62,843 nucleotides of DNA, filler included, from Rhabdomonas costata (GCA_019059605.1; 53 parts of 53 records of this genome joined end to end with filler, not necessarily neighbours in it), one strand, 5' to 3'; counted from the first letter of the whole stretch, positions 1-13,263 are shown. Notes: generated by a model not told the origin, from the sequence alone. Made by a program: numbers and translations.

Positions 1-955
1 TGTTGGGGGGGAGCGGGGATGGAGGCTCACACCGCACAAGGACGGCAAAGCAAAACTCAACTGAGAACCTGTGGAGAAAGCCGAAGAGCAGGGAAAAATG
101 TCCAACCGCCGGGAAATATATGCACCAAGTTTGCAAAAAGAGCACAGAGAGACCTGTTTCCCAGAAGTGGTGACCTGCTGGAGTTCCTTTCTGTAGTCTT
201 GAAAGTGTTCTCAATCGGGAAAAAAAAAGACGAGTGCGGGATCGAACCGAGAAGCCTCGGGGAGGGGTTTGGAGCTGGACAATTCTAATCCATTCATTGG
301 AATTCATTGGAGGGGACATCGCCACTTCACCCGGCAGAAATACTGCCCGCTCCAGAGTCAGAATTTTAGAAATGTACTGTAAAGGAGACCTTTTCCCCCT
401 ATTTCCCAGTGTTGCATTTGCATTTTAAGTGTCCCAGAGTTTTCCTATATCAACATGCCCTAAACCGCAACATTCCTTCAGTGCGCCGCTGATGTGTGGA
501 CTCGGGAAATTTCTTTTGCGACAGAGCCGCTGCAAATTGCAAGGGGGCACAGGGTACACCAGAAACCTTCCGCTAAACTACTTTAAACTGAGAGGGGCGT
601 CCTGTGTGGAGAAGGCAAGAGAGATAACATGTCCTCCTCTTCCCTGGCGAGGAGGCAGGGCAGGTTGTCACAGGGGGCGTTCGCCATAGTGGCTTGAGTT
701 GTCCCAGAGAACGAGGAGAACGTTGATATACCTGAAACTAAAATTCTGGTATTGTGAGATCGGTGACCTCGGAGGCCACATCACATCCCTTATCAGAGGT
801 GACTTTTCCATAAACGGATCTCCAAGAAGTTCATCTGCGACAGGTATGCGGTGTGACCGCGTCCTGCTGAAACCATACCTTAGATAAGGGTGCTCCTTCC
901 ACTTCTATGCTGCAAAGGGAACATGTTGCCCCCGAATTAGGGCTGCCTGTGAGAA

Positions 956-1085
956 TTGTGGGACGGCCTTCCGTAAAGAAGGAACCCATAATGCCCTTGA
1001 AGCAAACCCGGACCCACAAAGTTAAAGAGGGGGTTTGCTCCAAGGGCATTATGGGTTCCTTCTTTACGGAAGGCCGTCCCACAAC
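956..1085. repeat. Contig-terminal fold-back inverted repeat (probable amplification chimera)
   Basis: Arms about 956-1010 and 1033-1085 are reverse complements with one mismatch near the loop. The second arm runs into the C/A tail at the contig end. Confidence 0.85.
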
Positions 1086-1088
1086 ACC

Positions 1089-1188
1089 NNNNNNNNNNNN
1101 NNNNNNNNNNNNNNNNNNNNNNNNNNNNNNNNTTAATTAATTAANNNNNNNNNNNNNNNNNNNNNNNNNNNNNNNNNNNNNNNNNNNN
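1089..1188. other. Artificial contig linker N44-TTAATTAATTAA-N44 (first of 52; recurs about every 1,188 bp)
   Basis: Identical 100-bp spacer between every fragment. The central 12-mer gives TAA in all six frames, and flanking fragments are unrelated and nearly equal in length. Confidence 0.99.
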
Positions 1189-2278
1189 GTTGTACTGCCG
1201 CGCAGGGCTGGTGCGCAGGGGGCGCAGCCTGCAGGAACAACCGATAGAACAGAAAGAGAAGGAGAGAAAGAGACTTCTGCTGCGCTCTCTGGGTCCTTGG
1301 AGCGGAATCATATCATCCAGGAGGGTGCCCTTTTGTGAGGATGACAGATTCTGGGAAAGGGCGGGCGGGGAGATTGGTGGTGGCGGACCCGGCCAGAGAG
1401 AAGGAGACTTTGCAGATCGGGCACTGCGCACGAGTGGAGAGGGGCAGGAGGTCCTCTGGCGAGGGCGGCACGAAGTCCCCGCAGCCGTTGAAGAGCACGT
1501 GCTGCAGGATGCACGGCAGGCAGAACAAGTGCCCACACAGCCCTGCGTTACCCCGTCCCCCCCCCATCAGGGAATGATGGAAAACCCGTTCAGCGAAACC
1601 TGTACGTGAGTGTTTCCGAAACAGCCTCCCCCACAACACACAGTGCACCGAGGGGGCCAAGATTATTGCCTGGTTGTGCACCACACGAATTTTTATGCAT
1701 GCTGCGGGCGGTATTAGGCGAGACTTTTGCTCTGCATAGTGTTTTGGGACTGGTCAGCTGGGATTCAGTGGTTTTAAACTGGTTTAGGGTTTGGGCACAC
1801 AACCACACGAAAGAACCACCCCCCAACCCCGCTATGCTTTTCAAAGAGATGCGGTGGAGACGGCCAATTTTGCGAGAACACTAGCAGGTAAACCCGTCAC
1901 TGGTGTGTGTGTGTGTGTGTGTGTGTGTGGGTTGAGCATTGTTAAATGAAGTTATTGTGGATTCCTCCAACCCTGCGGGGCGCTTTGGTAAAAGCAGAGA
2001 GTAACAGAGAGAAGGCTCTCTGAGCATAGCACTGCTCACCCTATAAGTTAATTCCACAACCCCCCCCCCCGAAAAAACTGCAGCATTTTTGGAAAAATCC
2101 GTTGACTTTCCAGCTCAAACACATAGACATTTGTCCGAGGCCGGAGATAAGCTTTACTTGGGTAAGAAGGTCATGGACTCGCACCGATCTGCGCAGCTGC
2201 GGGGTACTCGAAGCAGATCGGGCACGCGAAGTCCCCGGCCTGCGTGCCCATCACCACCACGACCTCCTGCCACGGCAC
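1189..2278 (-). CDS. RNF10: RNF10/Mag2-like C3HC4 RING E3 ligase, three exons (2278-2185, 1542-1389, 1228-1189), partial
   Basis: Spliced: VPWQEVVVVMGTQAGDFACPICFEYPAAAQIGLCGHLFCLPCILQHV...CPICKVSFSLAGLRPLRTSPARQYN. Two GT-AG introns keep frame. Matches the RNF10 pattern W..V...CPICL.PP.AAKITRCGHIFC..CIL. Confidence 0.8.
1903..1929. repeat. (GT)n microsatellite in RNF10 intron
   Basis: About 13 GT units read directly. Confidence 0.95.
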
Positions 2279-2679
2279 NNNNNNNNNNNNNNNNNNNNNN
2301 NNNNNNNNNNNNNNNNNNNNNNTTAATTAATTAANNNNNNNNNNNNNNNNNNNNNNNNNNNNNNNNNNNNNNNNNNNNTTTTTGCGGTCCAGACGTTAAT
2401 TGGGGTCGAATAGAGCTCCTGAATTATTAACAATTTTTTGTTAAGGTAGGCTATACCGTAAACTTAACTTAGGTTTTTTTTTGCCCTGAACACTTCAAAT
2501 GGGAAAACGCCACATGCGGATGTGAATGCCCATCGGCATTTTGGAGCGGTCGCTGGACTTGGGATTGGAAACTCGTAACTCTGAGTTAAGATAACGTTCT
2601 TTCAAAGGAAAGCATTCTTTTCACTTTTCAAATTGAGCTTTGCCGTGGATTTAAAGCCGGCCCCTGGATTTCTTCACAG

Positions 2680-2919
2680 GTTAGGGCGGAGCAGCTGCTG
2701 AAGAAGGTGGTTGCGGTCGTGACGTTTGAGCGCGACCCCGCAGTGGAGGTCGAGCTGTGCACGGTGGAGCCGATGTACCCGGAGGAGGGGTCTGTTTCAG
2801 ATCGAGAGATTGTTGTGGGCCCGGGGCGTTCTCCCGAGCCCGTAGTGACATCCTTCCACCTCCGCCCTTCCACTGTGGAGCTCAACGTGGCCACCCACCT
2901 CCGCCCCGAGGCCTACACG
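2680..2919 (+). CDS. Internal exon of unidentified protein (80 codons)
   Basis: ttcacAG|GTT...ACG|GTATGC, phase 0-0, open, GC-rich third positions: VRAEQLLKKVVAVVTFERDPAVEVELCTVEPMYPEE... Confidence 0.6.
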
Positions 2920-3599
2920 GTATGCTTGTGTGCGTGGGTCCGTGTTGCACGATGTTGGGCATCGATTCTCTGCGGGAGCTCGCGCTTCCGCCTCCACTTT
3001 GTGCGGGTCAGTGTCGGTGGGTTTTGTCAGAGGGGCTCTTCTTATTGCTCGTCGTCATGCGACAGGCCCCACTACCGGTGTGAAAAGGCTTTGTTGTGCT
3101 CATCCGCTTGGCCGCGCCGCGGGCCGGCTTTCCCCCCCATACTAATGTCGTCCCAGAGTTTAACGCCCCCCCCCCCCAAAGTTACAATTGTCTCGAAGAA
3201 AGCAAGGGCAACGTTCACAAAAAAACAACTTGAGCTAGACCTTGTGTTGGAGGGCCAAACGTTGTGCCACGGCACTCACCTGGTCTGGAAGGCTTTTAAC
3301 GCAGCCCACTAGAAACTTTGTCCTTGAACTTTCTTGAGGGACAGGGTTGGGTGCCAGGGCCGCGGTTTTTGTATTGGTCTAAGTGCTCAAGGCGGACCCC
3401 TGCACAGCCTTCCTTTTGGGTAATCTTCAAGAGTCTTGACGTACATTTTAGTTTTTACCAAAACCCNNNNNNNNNNNNNNNNNNNNNNNNNNNNNNNNNN
3501 NNNNNNNNNNTTAATTAATTAANNNNNNNNNNNNNNNNNNNNNNNNNNNNNNNNNNNNNNNNNNNNGTGTTGGGTGTGTGTGGGGTGTTTGGGACACAG

Positions 3600-4467
3600 G
3601 TGACTCGGCTGGAGCTGCGCGAGGCCTTCGAGGCGGCCGTGGTGCGGCACATGATGGCCGACGTGCCGTGCGGGGTGCTTCTCAGCGGGGGCCTGGACAG
3701 CTCCCTGGTGGCGTCCATCGCCGCCCGCCATGCCCCGTACCGTACTGAGGAGTATGCCGACCTGACTTCCAACTGGTGTGTGACTTTCGGTGATGGAAAT
3801 CATTTTTTTTCATATTTTTTTTTCATATTTTTCATATTTTTTTCATGTTGTGCTCAAAAGTCGCTGCATGCAATGTCAGCAGCTTAAAGCTCAGTTCAAT
3901 GTTACGACCCAGCAAAAACATCAAAAATGAAAGACATCCCATAGAACAGCGCCAAAGTTCAATGCCAAAGTTCAGAGTTCAAAGTTCAAAAACATTAATG
4001 TCGCTCTTCAATTCAATTCGGGTAATTCAATTCATCGCAAAGTTCAATGCAGCCCTGAGGGATCTCCCAAAAAAAATTCTTTCGATTCGAAAATTGGCTG
4101 AGAAAAATACGAACCTTTTTGGAGATCTATTTGCTGCTCACGGCAAGAAGTCCATGAGGAGAGAGGTTAAGTGGGGCAGCCGGGACCCCTCCTTCTTTCT
4201 GGGGTGCATCGCAGTGACCTGGGGCGGCCGCGGTCCTCCGCGGACTTCCCGCGGCTGCATAGCTTCTGCATTGGGCTGAAGGGCAGCCCTGACATCGCGG
4301 CGGCGGAGAAGGTCGCCGCGCTGCTGGGCACGCGGCACCACAGCTACCACTTCACCCTACAGGAGGGCCTGGACGCGATCTCCGACGTGATCTTCCACCT
4401 GGAGACCTACGACGTCACCTCGATCCGGGCCAGCACCCCGATGTACCTCATGGCGCGCAAGATTAAG
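3600..4467 (+). CDS. asnB: Glutamine-dependent asparagine synthetase, two exons (3600-3751, 4215-4467), partial
   Basis: [21 protein letters not shown] and [14 protein letters not shown]...[20 protein letters not shown] are AsnB hallmarks. Intron GA|GTATGC...CAG|T keeps frame. Confidence 0.97.
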
Positions 4468-5621
4468 GTCACCGACACATCCCCATCACATGAATTTTGG
4501 AAATCGTTGTTTTTGGACAAAAGTAGGCATATGGACGTGAAGGCAGGAAACGCACCTGCTGGAAAAGACCGGCCTTTTTGCAGCAAATGAACATGTGGAA
4601 TAGCACCAAAAGGTTACAACACCTTTAAAGGGATCCCGTGCTGCCCACAAAACANNNNNNNNNNNNNNNNNNNNNNNNNNNNNNNNNNNNNNNNNNNNTT
4701 AATTAATTAANNNNNNNNNNNNNNNNNNNNNNNNNNNNNNNNNNNNNNNNNNNNGGTGGGGGTGCAGAAATGCACTTATGCCACGGAAGCCTTCTTCCTA
4801 GGACCCTAAACTCGCCTGGAGCCAAATGCTGTTGGGTGTAACAGATACAAGAGAGACTGGCCCGAGTCGAAGGGCAAGCGTAAGTTGCCACACCTAGGCA
4901 ACCATCCGAGTCCACCCGTGATCTGCGAAATTAGAGGGAGTCCGGCACTACTGAGGCCATCCAGCATTGGACGCTTTGAAGGGTGGTTAGGAGGCGATTC
5001 ACATTAAAAGTGTTGGCTGCATACGAAGCATAACCCACAGGTCACAAGGCATCGCAAGACCGGGCAAAAAGAATGCGCAGGGGGAGGGGGGAATCAGGGT
5101 TGGTTCTCCTCCTCACCCATGCGTGAAAAGCATACCTCGGAGTGGCTGAATAGGAGTGCAGTGGCACGCAGGCAGCATCTCCGCGAGAAGCAAAGAACCC
5201 ACCTCAACCATCAGTCGAAAACAAAGCTTCATTCCTTATGCAAAGAGACAATGGACTGTGAGGCACGGGGGGGGGGGCGCAGCTGCTTTCCAAATCGCAT
5301 GCTTTCCATTTAGAGGTTATTTTTTTTACCATGCGTCGCTCAGCTGTTTCCGCTCACGACGTTACACCCCCCACAATAAGCGATAAACTTTCCAACATTG
5401 TCGTCTTCCATCGCTTGGAGTGAATTCAGTTGGTATTCAGAACCGGGCAACTGAACTCCGTCCGGAGGCCTATCACCGTTTTTAAATGGGAACAACTTCA
5501 CAACCTTAATGCCTCCATAATCCCATTTTTGCTTTTTGAACAGAAATGAGAAGAAATCCGTTCAGAGCCCAAGCTCCTCCAATTCCTCTTGCAGTGGGCA
5601 GGAAAGCGAGCTAAAAGAACA

Positions 5622-5842
5622 GGGCGGATGTGCACAGCAAGATCACCCTCACGCCAAACCCAGTACGAAACAAACCTCTCACCACGGTAAAAGAGAACAG
5701 AGGCAATTTGTACAAAAACCAAGCAAATGGAGCATCTGTACAAAACGCATCGGGACCACAAAGAAATGGTCACAGCTCTCAGCAGGGGGGCGGATGTGCA
5801 CAGCAAGATCACCCTCACGCCAAACCCAGTACGAAACAAACC
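5622..5842 (+). repeat. 55-bp exact direct repeat (5622-5676, 5788-5842), second copy at contig end
   Basis: GGGCGGATGTGCACAGCAAGATCACC...AAACAAACC occurs twice. Confidence 0.9.
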
Positions 5843-7130
5843 NNNNNNNNNNNNNNNNNNNNNNNNNNNNNNNNNNNNNNNNNNNNTTAATTAATTAANN
5901 NNNNNNNNNNNNNNNNNNNNNNNNNNNNNNNNNNNNNNNNNNCGTTGGCAAACCCTATTTCACAGGTTACAGGAATACTTTTGACGAAGGCTTTGGAATG
6001 ATGAGCAAGATGTCTAGACGTAAAACCAGCTTAAAGGAATGGTTCGTGGCATCGATGCCTTATTCTCTACGCGGCTTTTTAACTCTTTGCATCATATTGC
6101 ATGAGAAATTCCCCTGACTTTCACACTGGATATTATGTGAAGGTGAGAAGTTTTACCTTCTCCAAGAGAAGTTGTTGAATGCGCGCATTCTAGGACAAAG
6201 CAGCGCAAGCGCAGATACAGTGAGGTGTGCAGAGACGGGACAGGAGAAACACAGCTGAAATACATTTATGAAGCGTGCTCGTCAAGCAGGCACACTGATT
6301 ATCAATGAGCTTTTCTTTGTCGACTCTCTTCAGCGGTGCCCCGGTTTTAAGGCTTGCGATGTGATGATGTGTCATGCAAACTGTCTCAACAGCATTGCCG
6401 TGCAGTTTTAGAGAGAGCCAGCCTCTCTGGAATAACTGAAATGAATTCGGGGTGGATTGAACATGGGGCTCCGTCTGCTCTGTCTCTTTGTGTCTTTGTG
6501 GAGCACCTCTCTTGTCGCAGTCTTTCTTAGGCCCTATTTGTGCTCTTTGTACCGCCCAGTCCCCTTCCCCCCCTGCCGTGGGTGGATCTGGTTATTTTTG
6601 CTTGCTTGCATTGCTTTGCATTGTTTGCTTCTTCTTTGTGTCGGCCCCGATTTGTTGTCCCGTGGGCATTCCTGATCTGCTGAGATGCTCTCCACAGTGT
6701 GGTCCCCGTCAAGCACGGCGCAAACGGCCCTGTTCCCGGCGGCGGTGGCAGCCCCGTGCGTGGCGCCAATTCCCGCATCGCCTCCCCCGCAGCTCTATCC
6801 TCCTTCGTGGCCCTCGTGGGCTTCGGCCAGCTCCAGACGTGTGCCCCTGCCCCCTATCGATGCACTGTCATTAGCCCGCTCTGCCCTTTTTTCACACACC
6901 AAACCATAGTCCGCTTTCACCGGTTTTTGGTGTGTCTTTTCTTTCAAGGCTGCACCCCCTCCTCGACACAACTATTGTTTTGATGCCAGCTATCCACCCA
7001 GTACTCTGGTTTTGTTATTTTTTCCAACCANNNNNNNNNNNNNNNNNNNNNNNNNNNNNNNNNNNNNNNNNNNNTTAATTAATTAANNNNNNNNNNNNNN
7101 NNNNNNNNNNNNNNNNNNNNNNNNNNNNNN

Positions 7131-7373
7131 GGTGGGGACTCCGCCGAGGGTGCAGGACGCCAGCAGCAGGGTCTGCAGGTCGGTTTCCGGAAGGTCCAGA
7201 CTGTGAACAGGATCGACCTCCTCCGGGGCGTAACCCACAGCGCGGGCTCGCCGGCCCGCCCCGGGGAGCTCCTCCTGGCGCACCACATGCCTCCACGTCG
7301 TGCTGAAGCCCACCTTGCGCAGCCAGCCGTCCCGCCCCGCGGTGAACACCACGTTGCCCGTGCGGTCGCACAC
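7131..7373 (-). CDS. Exon of probable WD40/beta-propeller protein
   Basis: Acceptor ttcgCAG|GTG; VCDRTGNVVFTAGRDGWLRKV resembles a WD40 blade. Confidence 0.55.
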
Positions 7374-9319
7374 CTGCGAAGTGGCGGTGTTGGTGGACTG
7401 CAACTCCCTGGGCACCCGAACCAAAGAATTAGGAAATTTAGGTTCGAAAGCAAATGCCTTTGGATGAATCATTTTCCCTTCCTAACCTCAACGACCAACT
7501 TATGAATCACAAGCTTGTTATTTGTGAACGCTCACAAAGAAAAGCACAACTTCAACATTTCACGACAGCCTGTTCAGGATGGAGAAACCAATGTCCGGTT
7601 TCTGTTGTTCAAAAAAAAGTCGTTGAGAAGAGCTGGAGACAGTGAGCAAAGAGGAGAGGACGTACCATATCGGAGATCTCTCCACAATGGAGGCCAGCAA
7701 TCGTTGCCAAAGGCCGAGCCTCGTCCCACTCATGGCACTCCACCCCAGGGACAGGAAGCACGACAAGACTCACCTCGGGAATCCCGCCGCTGCCTGAAAA
7801 TGCAGGAACGAGGCACACCCACTATTTTCTTAACCCCCAGGGGATCGCACCATGGAATCCGGTGAACGCAATCCATGGACCGATTAAAGCAGGTTTGGAC
7901 GAGAAAAAAACGACGACACCCGATTTCAGGATCGGTGGGAATAATTCTGTCGAAGGTCAAGGCGATTGTGGGGCGAAAAAATTGACAGCGGCACTGTGAG
8001 GGGGTACGCACACAACGAACAGTCCCAAAAAACCTTTAAGCTTCAAGGTTCGAAATGCCACCAGCTACCCACCCCACGGGAGCAACACGTCCACATTGGG
8101 ACACTTTTCTGACCCGTTCCCGGCATCCCCAAAAACAATTTTCTGCCTAAACATGAAAAAAGTGCTCATTTGCGGCTCATTGTATCACTCAAAGGCACCC
8201 CACCTTTCAAGACAAGCGNNNNNNNNNNNNNNNNNNNNNNNNNNNNNNNNNNNNNNNNNNNNTTAATTAATTAANNNNNNNNNNNNNNNNNNNNNNNNNN
8301 NNNNNNNNNNNNNNNNNNTTGTGTTACTTGCTTCAGTTGGAAAGTGCTGTGATTCTTTCCTGCGCGCAAGAGGTCCGGTGACGCGGTGTAGCACATTGCC
8401 TGCTCCTCGTTCGGACATGGGAAACCGTCATTGGGGCAACTCTACGCGAGGAGAACTGGACACTCTCTTCCCTTCGTGTGTGCCTCGGCGGAATGGGGGC
8501 ATCCGACCCGGTGAACATCTTCCAATGTCCCTTGCCTCTTTCATGACCTCAGCTTCGGGGCGTGTGGCATTGCCCCTCAGCCGCCTCGACCCGGACCTCT
8601 TGCGCGCAGTGAACACGACCGGCCCTTTGTGCAGCATTTGGTTGGGAAACCTGCAAGCTGTCATGAGGAACCCGAGATTTCCTCATGGATGGAGCAGCTT
8701 TTGCAGTGCACGAAGCTCTGGCGAAACGGTTTGATCGGAAAGCCTCTGATCGGATGTAACGTCTCGGACTTCTTGGTTCCGGAACCTGCGGTGGCGCATG
8801 GTTAACCAGTCTCCCCACGGCACGGAACACAACGGTGGCACCGTGTTCACTGCCGACGAGTGGCAAGTATTGTGCCACTTCCGTCTCTGCCTTCCCTTTC
8901 CCTCCGGTTTGCGGGGGTTGTGGTGCTCGGCAGGACACTGAGCCGCTGCACAGGAGAGGCGACCACCGCTTGGAGGTGACCACCATCTCCCCAAGCCGCA
9001 TGCACTGTTTTCTGGCCAGCCGCCGGATGAAGTTCCTGGCCTCGGGGTCTCACGCACCTGTGGTGTCCGGACCTCATACGAAGCCTGGCGCACTCCCGCG
9101 CCGCGTCGCGCGGGAGTCCGTCTCGCGTTGGGCTGCGCCAGGTGTCTTTGCTTCAGACTTTGCTGGGAGGCCTGGATCTGCCGTACCGCCGACAGCAGTT
9201 GTTGGAGCAGGGCGGCGGGATCGGTCATAGTGTAGGGTGAACACGTGCCACACAAAGAAAATGTGTGTCTAGAATAACGTAGGTTAACCAGCCGCAGCGT
9301 GAACGGAAGGAGTGAGTGA

Positions 9320-9401
9320 GTGTGGGTAACAGAGGCAGAGTGACACAGCGTTCAACTCGAACCATTGCTACGACTGAGAACTCTGCCTCTGTTACCCACA
9401 C
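9320..9401. repeat. Contig-terminal fold-back inverted repeat
   Basis: 22-bp perfect arms 9320-9341 and 9380-9401 ending at the C/A tail. Confidence 0.8.
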
Positions 9402-10803
9402 CACCCNNNNNNNNNNNNNNNNNNNNNNNNNNNNNNNNNNNNNNNNNNNNTTAATTAATTAANNNNNNNNNNNNNNNNNNNNNNNNNNNNNNNNNNNNNN
9501 NNNNNNTGTATTCACCTGTTGCCTTGGTCGTTTTCCACAGTTACCTGTTTTTGTCCTCTCCCTGAGTTGTTTGCTTGTGCTGTTGCGTCACTAATGCTTT
9601 TGCAACCGAAACTCTGTTAAAACAGTGATGTCTAAGTTCCGTATAGAAACAGTCCTGGTTATACCACAAGAGAGCCACTGCGAAGTGCGAAGTGTCAATG
9701 AGGGATGAGTAAAACCAGCGAGACTCCAGCGTTGTTCCATCATTGGTCGAAAAGTTTGAGGGTTCAGTTCAAATGAAGGTTCCATAGTTCAGCGCGAAAA
9801 TTGACCAATCTGAAATTTGTTCAAGAAAAAACAAATCATTTATGCGAGGCTTTAATGATGCACTTAAAAAATACCCTTACGGTAATGAAGATCCGATTCT
9901 TTTTTAACCGGGCTTTATTTCACACCTTTCACAGTGAAGGGGGAAACGTTTTGAAAAATACCACCGCAAAGGAATCAGTGTTGGATCAGTACAAATAATG
10001 AGGTTTGCATCAGCGTTGTTTCATTATTTGCCGTTGATTCCGGCACAGACACAGGCAAGAGTTCTGCGGCGACTGGAAATGCAAGGCTAGATCCGGGTGC
10101 AGAAACGGCACACAGATGAGGAGAAGTGCTCAAGTGGAAAGTGAAGAGGAGCCCAGAAGAAGAAGAGAAAGAGCGAAAGCCCTGGGCATATGCCCTTCTT
10201 CCCCGTAGCTAACGTATTTCACGGTCTCATTTTGTCCTTCATTTGCCTTCAAAAAGTTTCAAAGTGCTATGATTTCCAGTCCACTTTGGGTAGCTTGCCG
10301 CAGGTCCAAATATCCGTAACGTGCTCCGCTGGTTCCCAGCGTCGTATTCACCCTAACGCACGAAGGCACAAGGGCAGGAACAACGAAACCATCAGCCAGC
10401 GACGCCATCCACCACCATGGGGTGGGTCATGGTGCCCGTGCTCGTGCCGGTGCTGTTCGTCTTGCTTCTCCGGGGCGTCAAGCCCCATGTGTTCGCGCCT
10501 GTTCTGACATAGGTGTGGATCTGCTCTACTCGCCCTCCCCCGTGCTGCACGACAGGGTTGTGGCGGTGAGGGGTGGGTCCATGAGCATCACCATNNNNNN
10601 NNNNNNNNNNNNNNNNNNNNNNNNNNNNNNNNNNNNNNTTAATTAATTAANNNNNNNNNNNNNNNNNNNNNNNNNNNNNNNNNNNNNNNNNNNNTTGTGG
10701 GGGTAACAGAGGCGCAGGCGCAGACACCCAGGACAACATGTGAATCTCCACAGCAAGGCTGTAGTTAAAGAGTCGCCACAGCAGAAACGACTGGTTGACA
10801 CAC

Positions 10804-10979
10804 GAGCCAGGGTTCTGGTGGGTGTGGGTGGTGCGCTGCATGGGCTCCAGCAGCGGCAGGTTGTCTGGGCTCAAGGCCGAAAACACCGCCTCTGCATCTC
10901 CCCCGCCTGCACTCAGACTCAGCCTCACCGCGCAGCACAGCGCAAGGAGGACCAGCACCGGCCTCACCTCCGGTGACAT
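10804..10979 (-). CDS. First exon of a signal-peptide-bearing protein
   Basis: MSPEVRPVLVLLALCCAVRLSLSAGGGDAEAVFSALSPDNLPLLEP; hydrophobic N-terminus, upstream CAG acceptors, donor GTGTGT. Confidence 0.6.
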
Positions 10980-11460
10980 CCGCTGGAACTCCAACCAGAA
11001 AAGAGTAGGTGCTGCCAAAGAAAAATGAAATACAAAGCACTTGCATCCAAAGCCTTAAGTGTTCAAAAAAGGAAGGAAGCAGACAGTTCCTCTGTTGTGA
11101 AGGCGAGAAAAAGCAATCACCCTCGCAAAAGGAGCGAAAGCAAGCACCACATCACAGACCCTCCAGTGTCATAAACCGAGCAGAAAAAGAACACTCACCA
11201 TCAGTTATGCACGAGGGACTTCACTGTAATGTCAGACAAAGCAGAACCGTCATATCCACGACACCGGCCGAAACACCCTTTCCCGCTCCCTTTCATCTCG
11301 TCAAGAATCACTAAAGGGTCACTGGTATGCAATGCGCAACATTGTTATTTGTAGCCAGTCCCTCACTCTCAAGGACAGGCGCTACAAGGCAGCTACACAT
11401 GCAAGAGAGCAAAGGGATGGCGAAGTCCTCTGCTTCCCGGGTTTCCTTTTTCTACGCCTT

Positions 11461-11589
11461 CTACAACCCCAGAAGCCACGACGCGGCCTCGTCCACGTTG
11501 TAGTTGGAGGCCTGCAGGGCATGCAGCGCTGTCTCGCGGTCAAACCCCAGTTCGAGCAGCCGAGCGACATCCTCCTCCCTCAGCAGAGG
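11461..11589 (-). CDS. Terminal exon encoding a C-terminal UBA domain (absent from the ORF track)
   Basis: ttcgCAG|PLLREEDVARLLELGFDRETALHALQASNYNVDEAASWLLGL*; classic UBA L..LGF...A..AL....N.V..A..L pattern. Confidence 0.88.
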   Translation of the reverse strand, partial: PLLREEDVARLLELGFDRETALHALQASNYNVDEAASWLLGL

Positions 11590-13263
11590 CTGCGAAGAAG
11601 GGCGGCACAAACTGCACAGAAAAGGCGCTGTTACGGTTTACAGCAGGCTTAGTAATTCGGAAAGAAAGAAATCCGGAGACAGGTGAAGCGTTTCCGTCCC
11701 GTCCCTATCTCCCTCCATTCCCTTCCATTCCAGTCTCCCCACTTACTTGAATTCTTCGTTAAATGTTTACCCCCACCACCACNNNNNNNNNNNNNNNNNN
11801 NNNNNNNNNNNNNNNNNNNNNNNNNNTTAATTAATTAANNNNNNNNNNNNNNNNNNNNNNNNNNNNNNNNNNNNNNNNNNNNTTGTGTGATGGTCGGTGC
11901 TGGTGGTAGTTTACTCCTTCCTGTTTTCTTTTGGACCGCTCTTTCTCACATTGTGCTTTGTATGTAGCTTTGAGTGCTCGAGTGGGCCATTTTTGCACTG
12001 ACCGTGAAGTTTGCTTTTCCGTGGGGTTGGGTGTGGTGTAGACTGAGGAGTCTCCAACCCGTTCTTGACGGGTTGAAAGGGTTTGCCTTGGGAGAAGCGA
12101 AGCCCCGATATCCGGTGGTGTTGTGAGGCTGAAAACGGTGCTGCCACTGTCTCCGCTGTTGTGCTGTCGCCGTTATGTGGGCTTCGATTCCCCGTGTATC
12201 TTCTCTGGGCTCCGCTAAATCGGAAAGGCTGGCGTGAAGGACCCACTCCAGGATTAAGACGACTCTCCTCTCAAAATCTGGGTAGCTTGTTTGCACTGTG
12301 CATGTTAGTTCACTCGGACAACTCACCGCAGTTCCCGTAAATACTCCATATCCGCAGCACAGTTTCTGAAGTGTGGGGAGTTACGTAATCCCGTGGAAGC
12401 GATTGACGGCTGATTAGCAGTGCCCATATGCTCGGGATGCATGCGAACATTATCTGCTTATAAGAAACAAACACCTATAAAGGATGAATTGCCTCCGGCA
12501 AGTGCATTGCTCGAATTCTGCAGTGGGGATCCTGATCCTGGTCGCTACTTTTGTTCGTCCATTCACCTCTCACACTCAAGCTTTGCACCTCGATGTGACA
12601 TGTCTGCATCGTATGCATGCGGTTCCGGACATCAATACGCACATCCTTCCTTCCATGCAATCACCCATATTGAGATGTACCGTTTTTTCTAAGACAAGGA
12701 TGTGCATTTTCTCCACAGTTGCAGATTCAGATTTGCTGCGTTTTCTGTCTTGGGCTGTCTCTGTTGCACACTCTTCAAACTCTTCAAGTTGCTACCATGG
12801 AAGGTGCATCGCTTCTATCCGTTTTTTGCCGCATCCGCACGATAGATCTCGTAAACAGAATCGAGCTGAATTCGCTTTTTTTTTTTTTTTTTTTGCATTC
12901 GCTCCAGTATTGACAAACCTGAACATTCTGTGCTTTAGAAACGCGATGGGGGGAAAGCAAAAAAAAAAAANNNNNNNNNNNNNNNNNNNNNNNNNNNNNN
13001 NNNNNNNNNNNNNNTTAATTAATTAANNNNNNNNNNNNNNNNNNNNNNNNNNNNNNNNNNNNNNNNNNNNACGGGTGCTCGCGAGAGGAACCTTCGGAGC
13101 GAACGGTGTCGTGGGCTACCGGCTCGACGTCGAGAGTCAGGTGTGGTGATCTTTATTCGGCCCCACGGGTCCCGGGCCTTTGCCATGCTGCTGCTTGTCT
13201 CCAAGCGAAAGGGAATTTTAAAGCGTGTGTGCGTGTGTGCATGGGTGGAAGGAGCGAGCGAAC

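Noticed and set aside
218..300. tRNA gene on the minus strand (GGTTCGATCCC B-box followed by a T run)
   Set aside because: The T-stem pairs only 3 bp, with no A-box, acceptor stem or cloverleaf; at most a decayed SINE.
3885..4050. Degenerate AAGTTCA repeats in the AsnB intron as a functional array
   Set aside because: Irregular spacing and short unit; ordinary low-complexity intron sequence.
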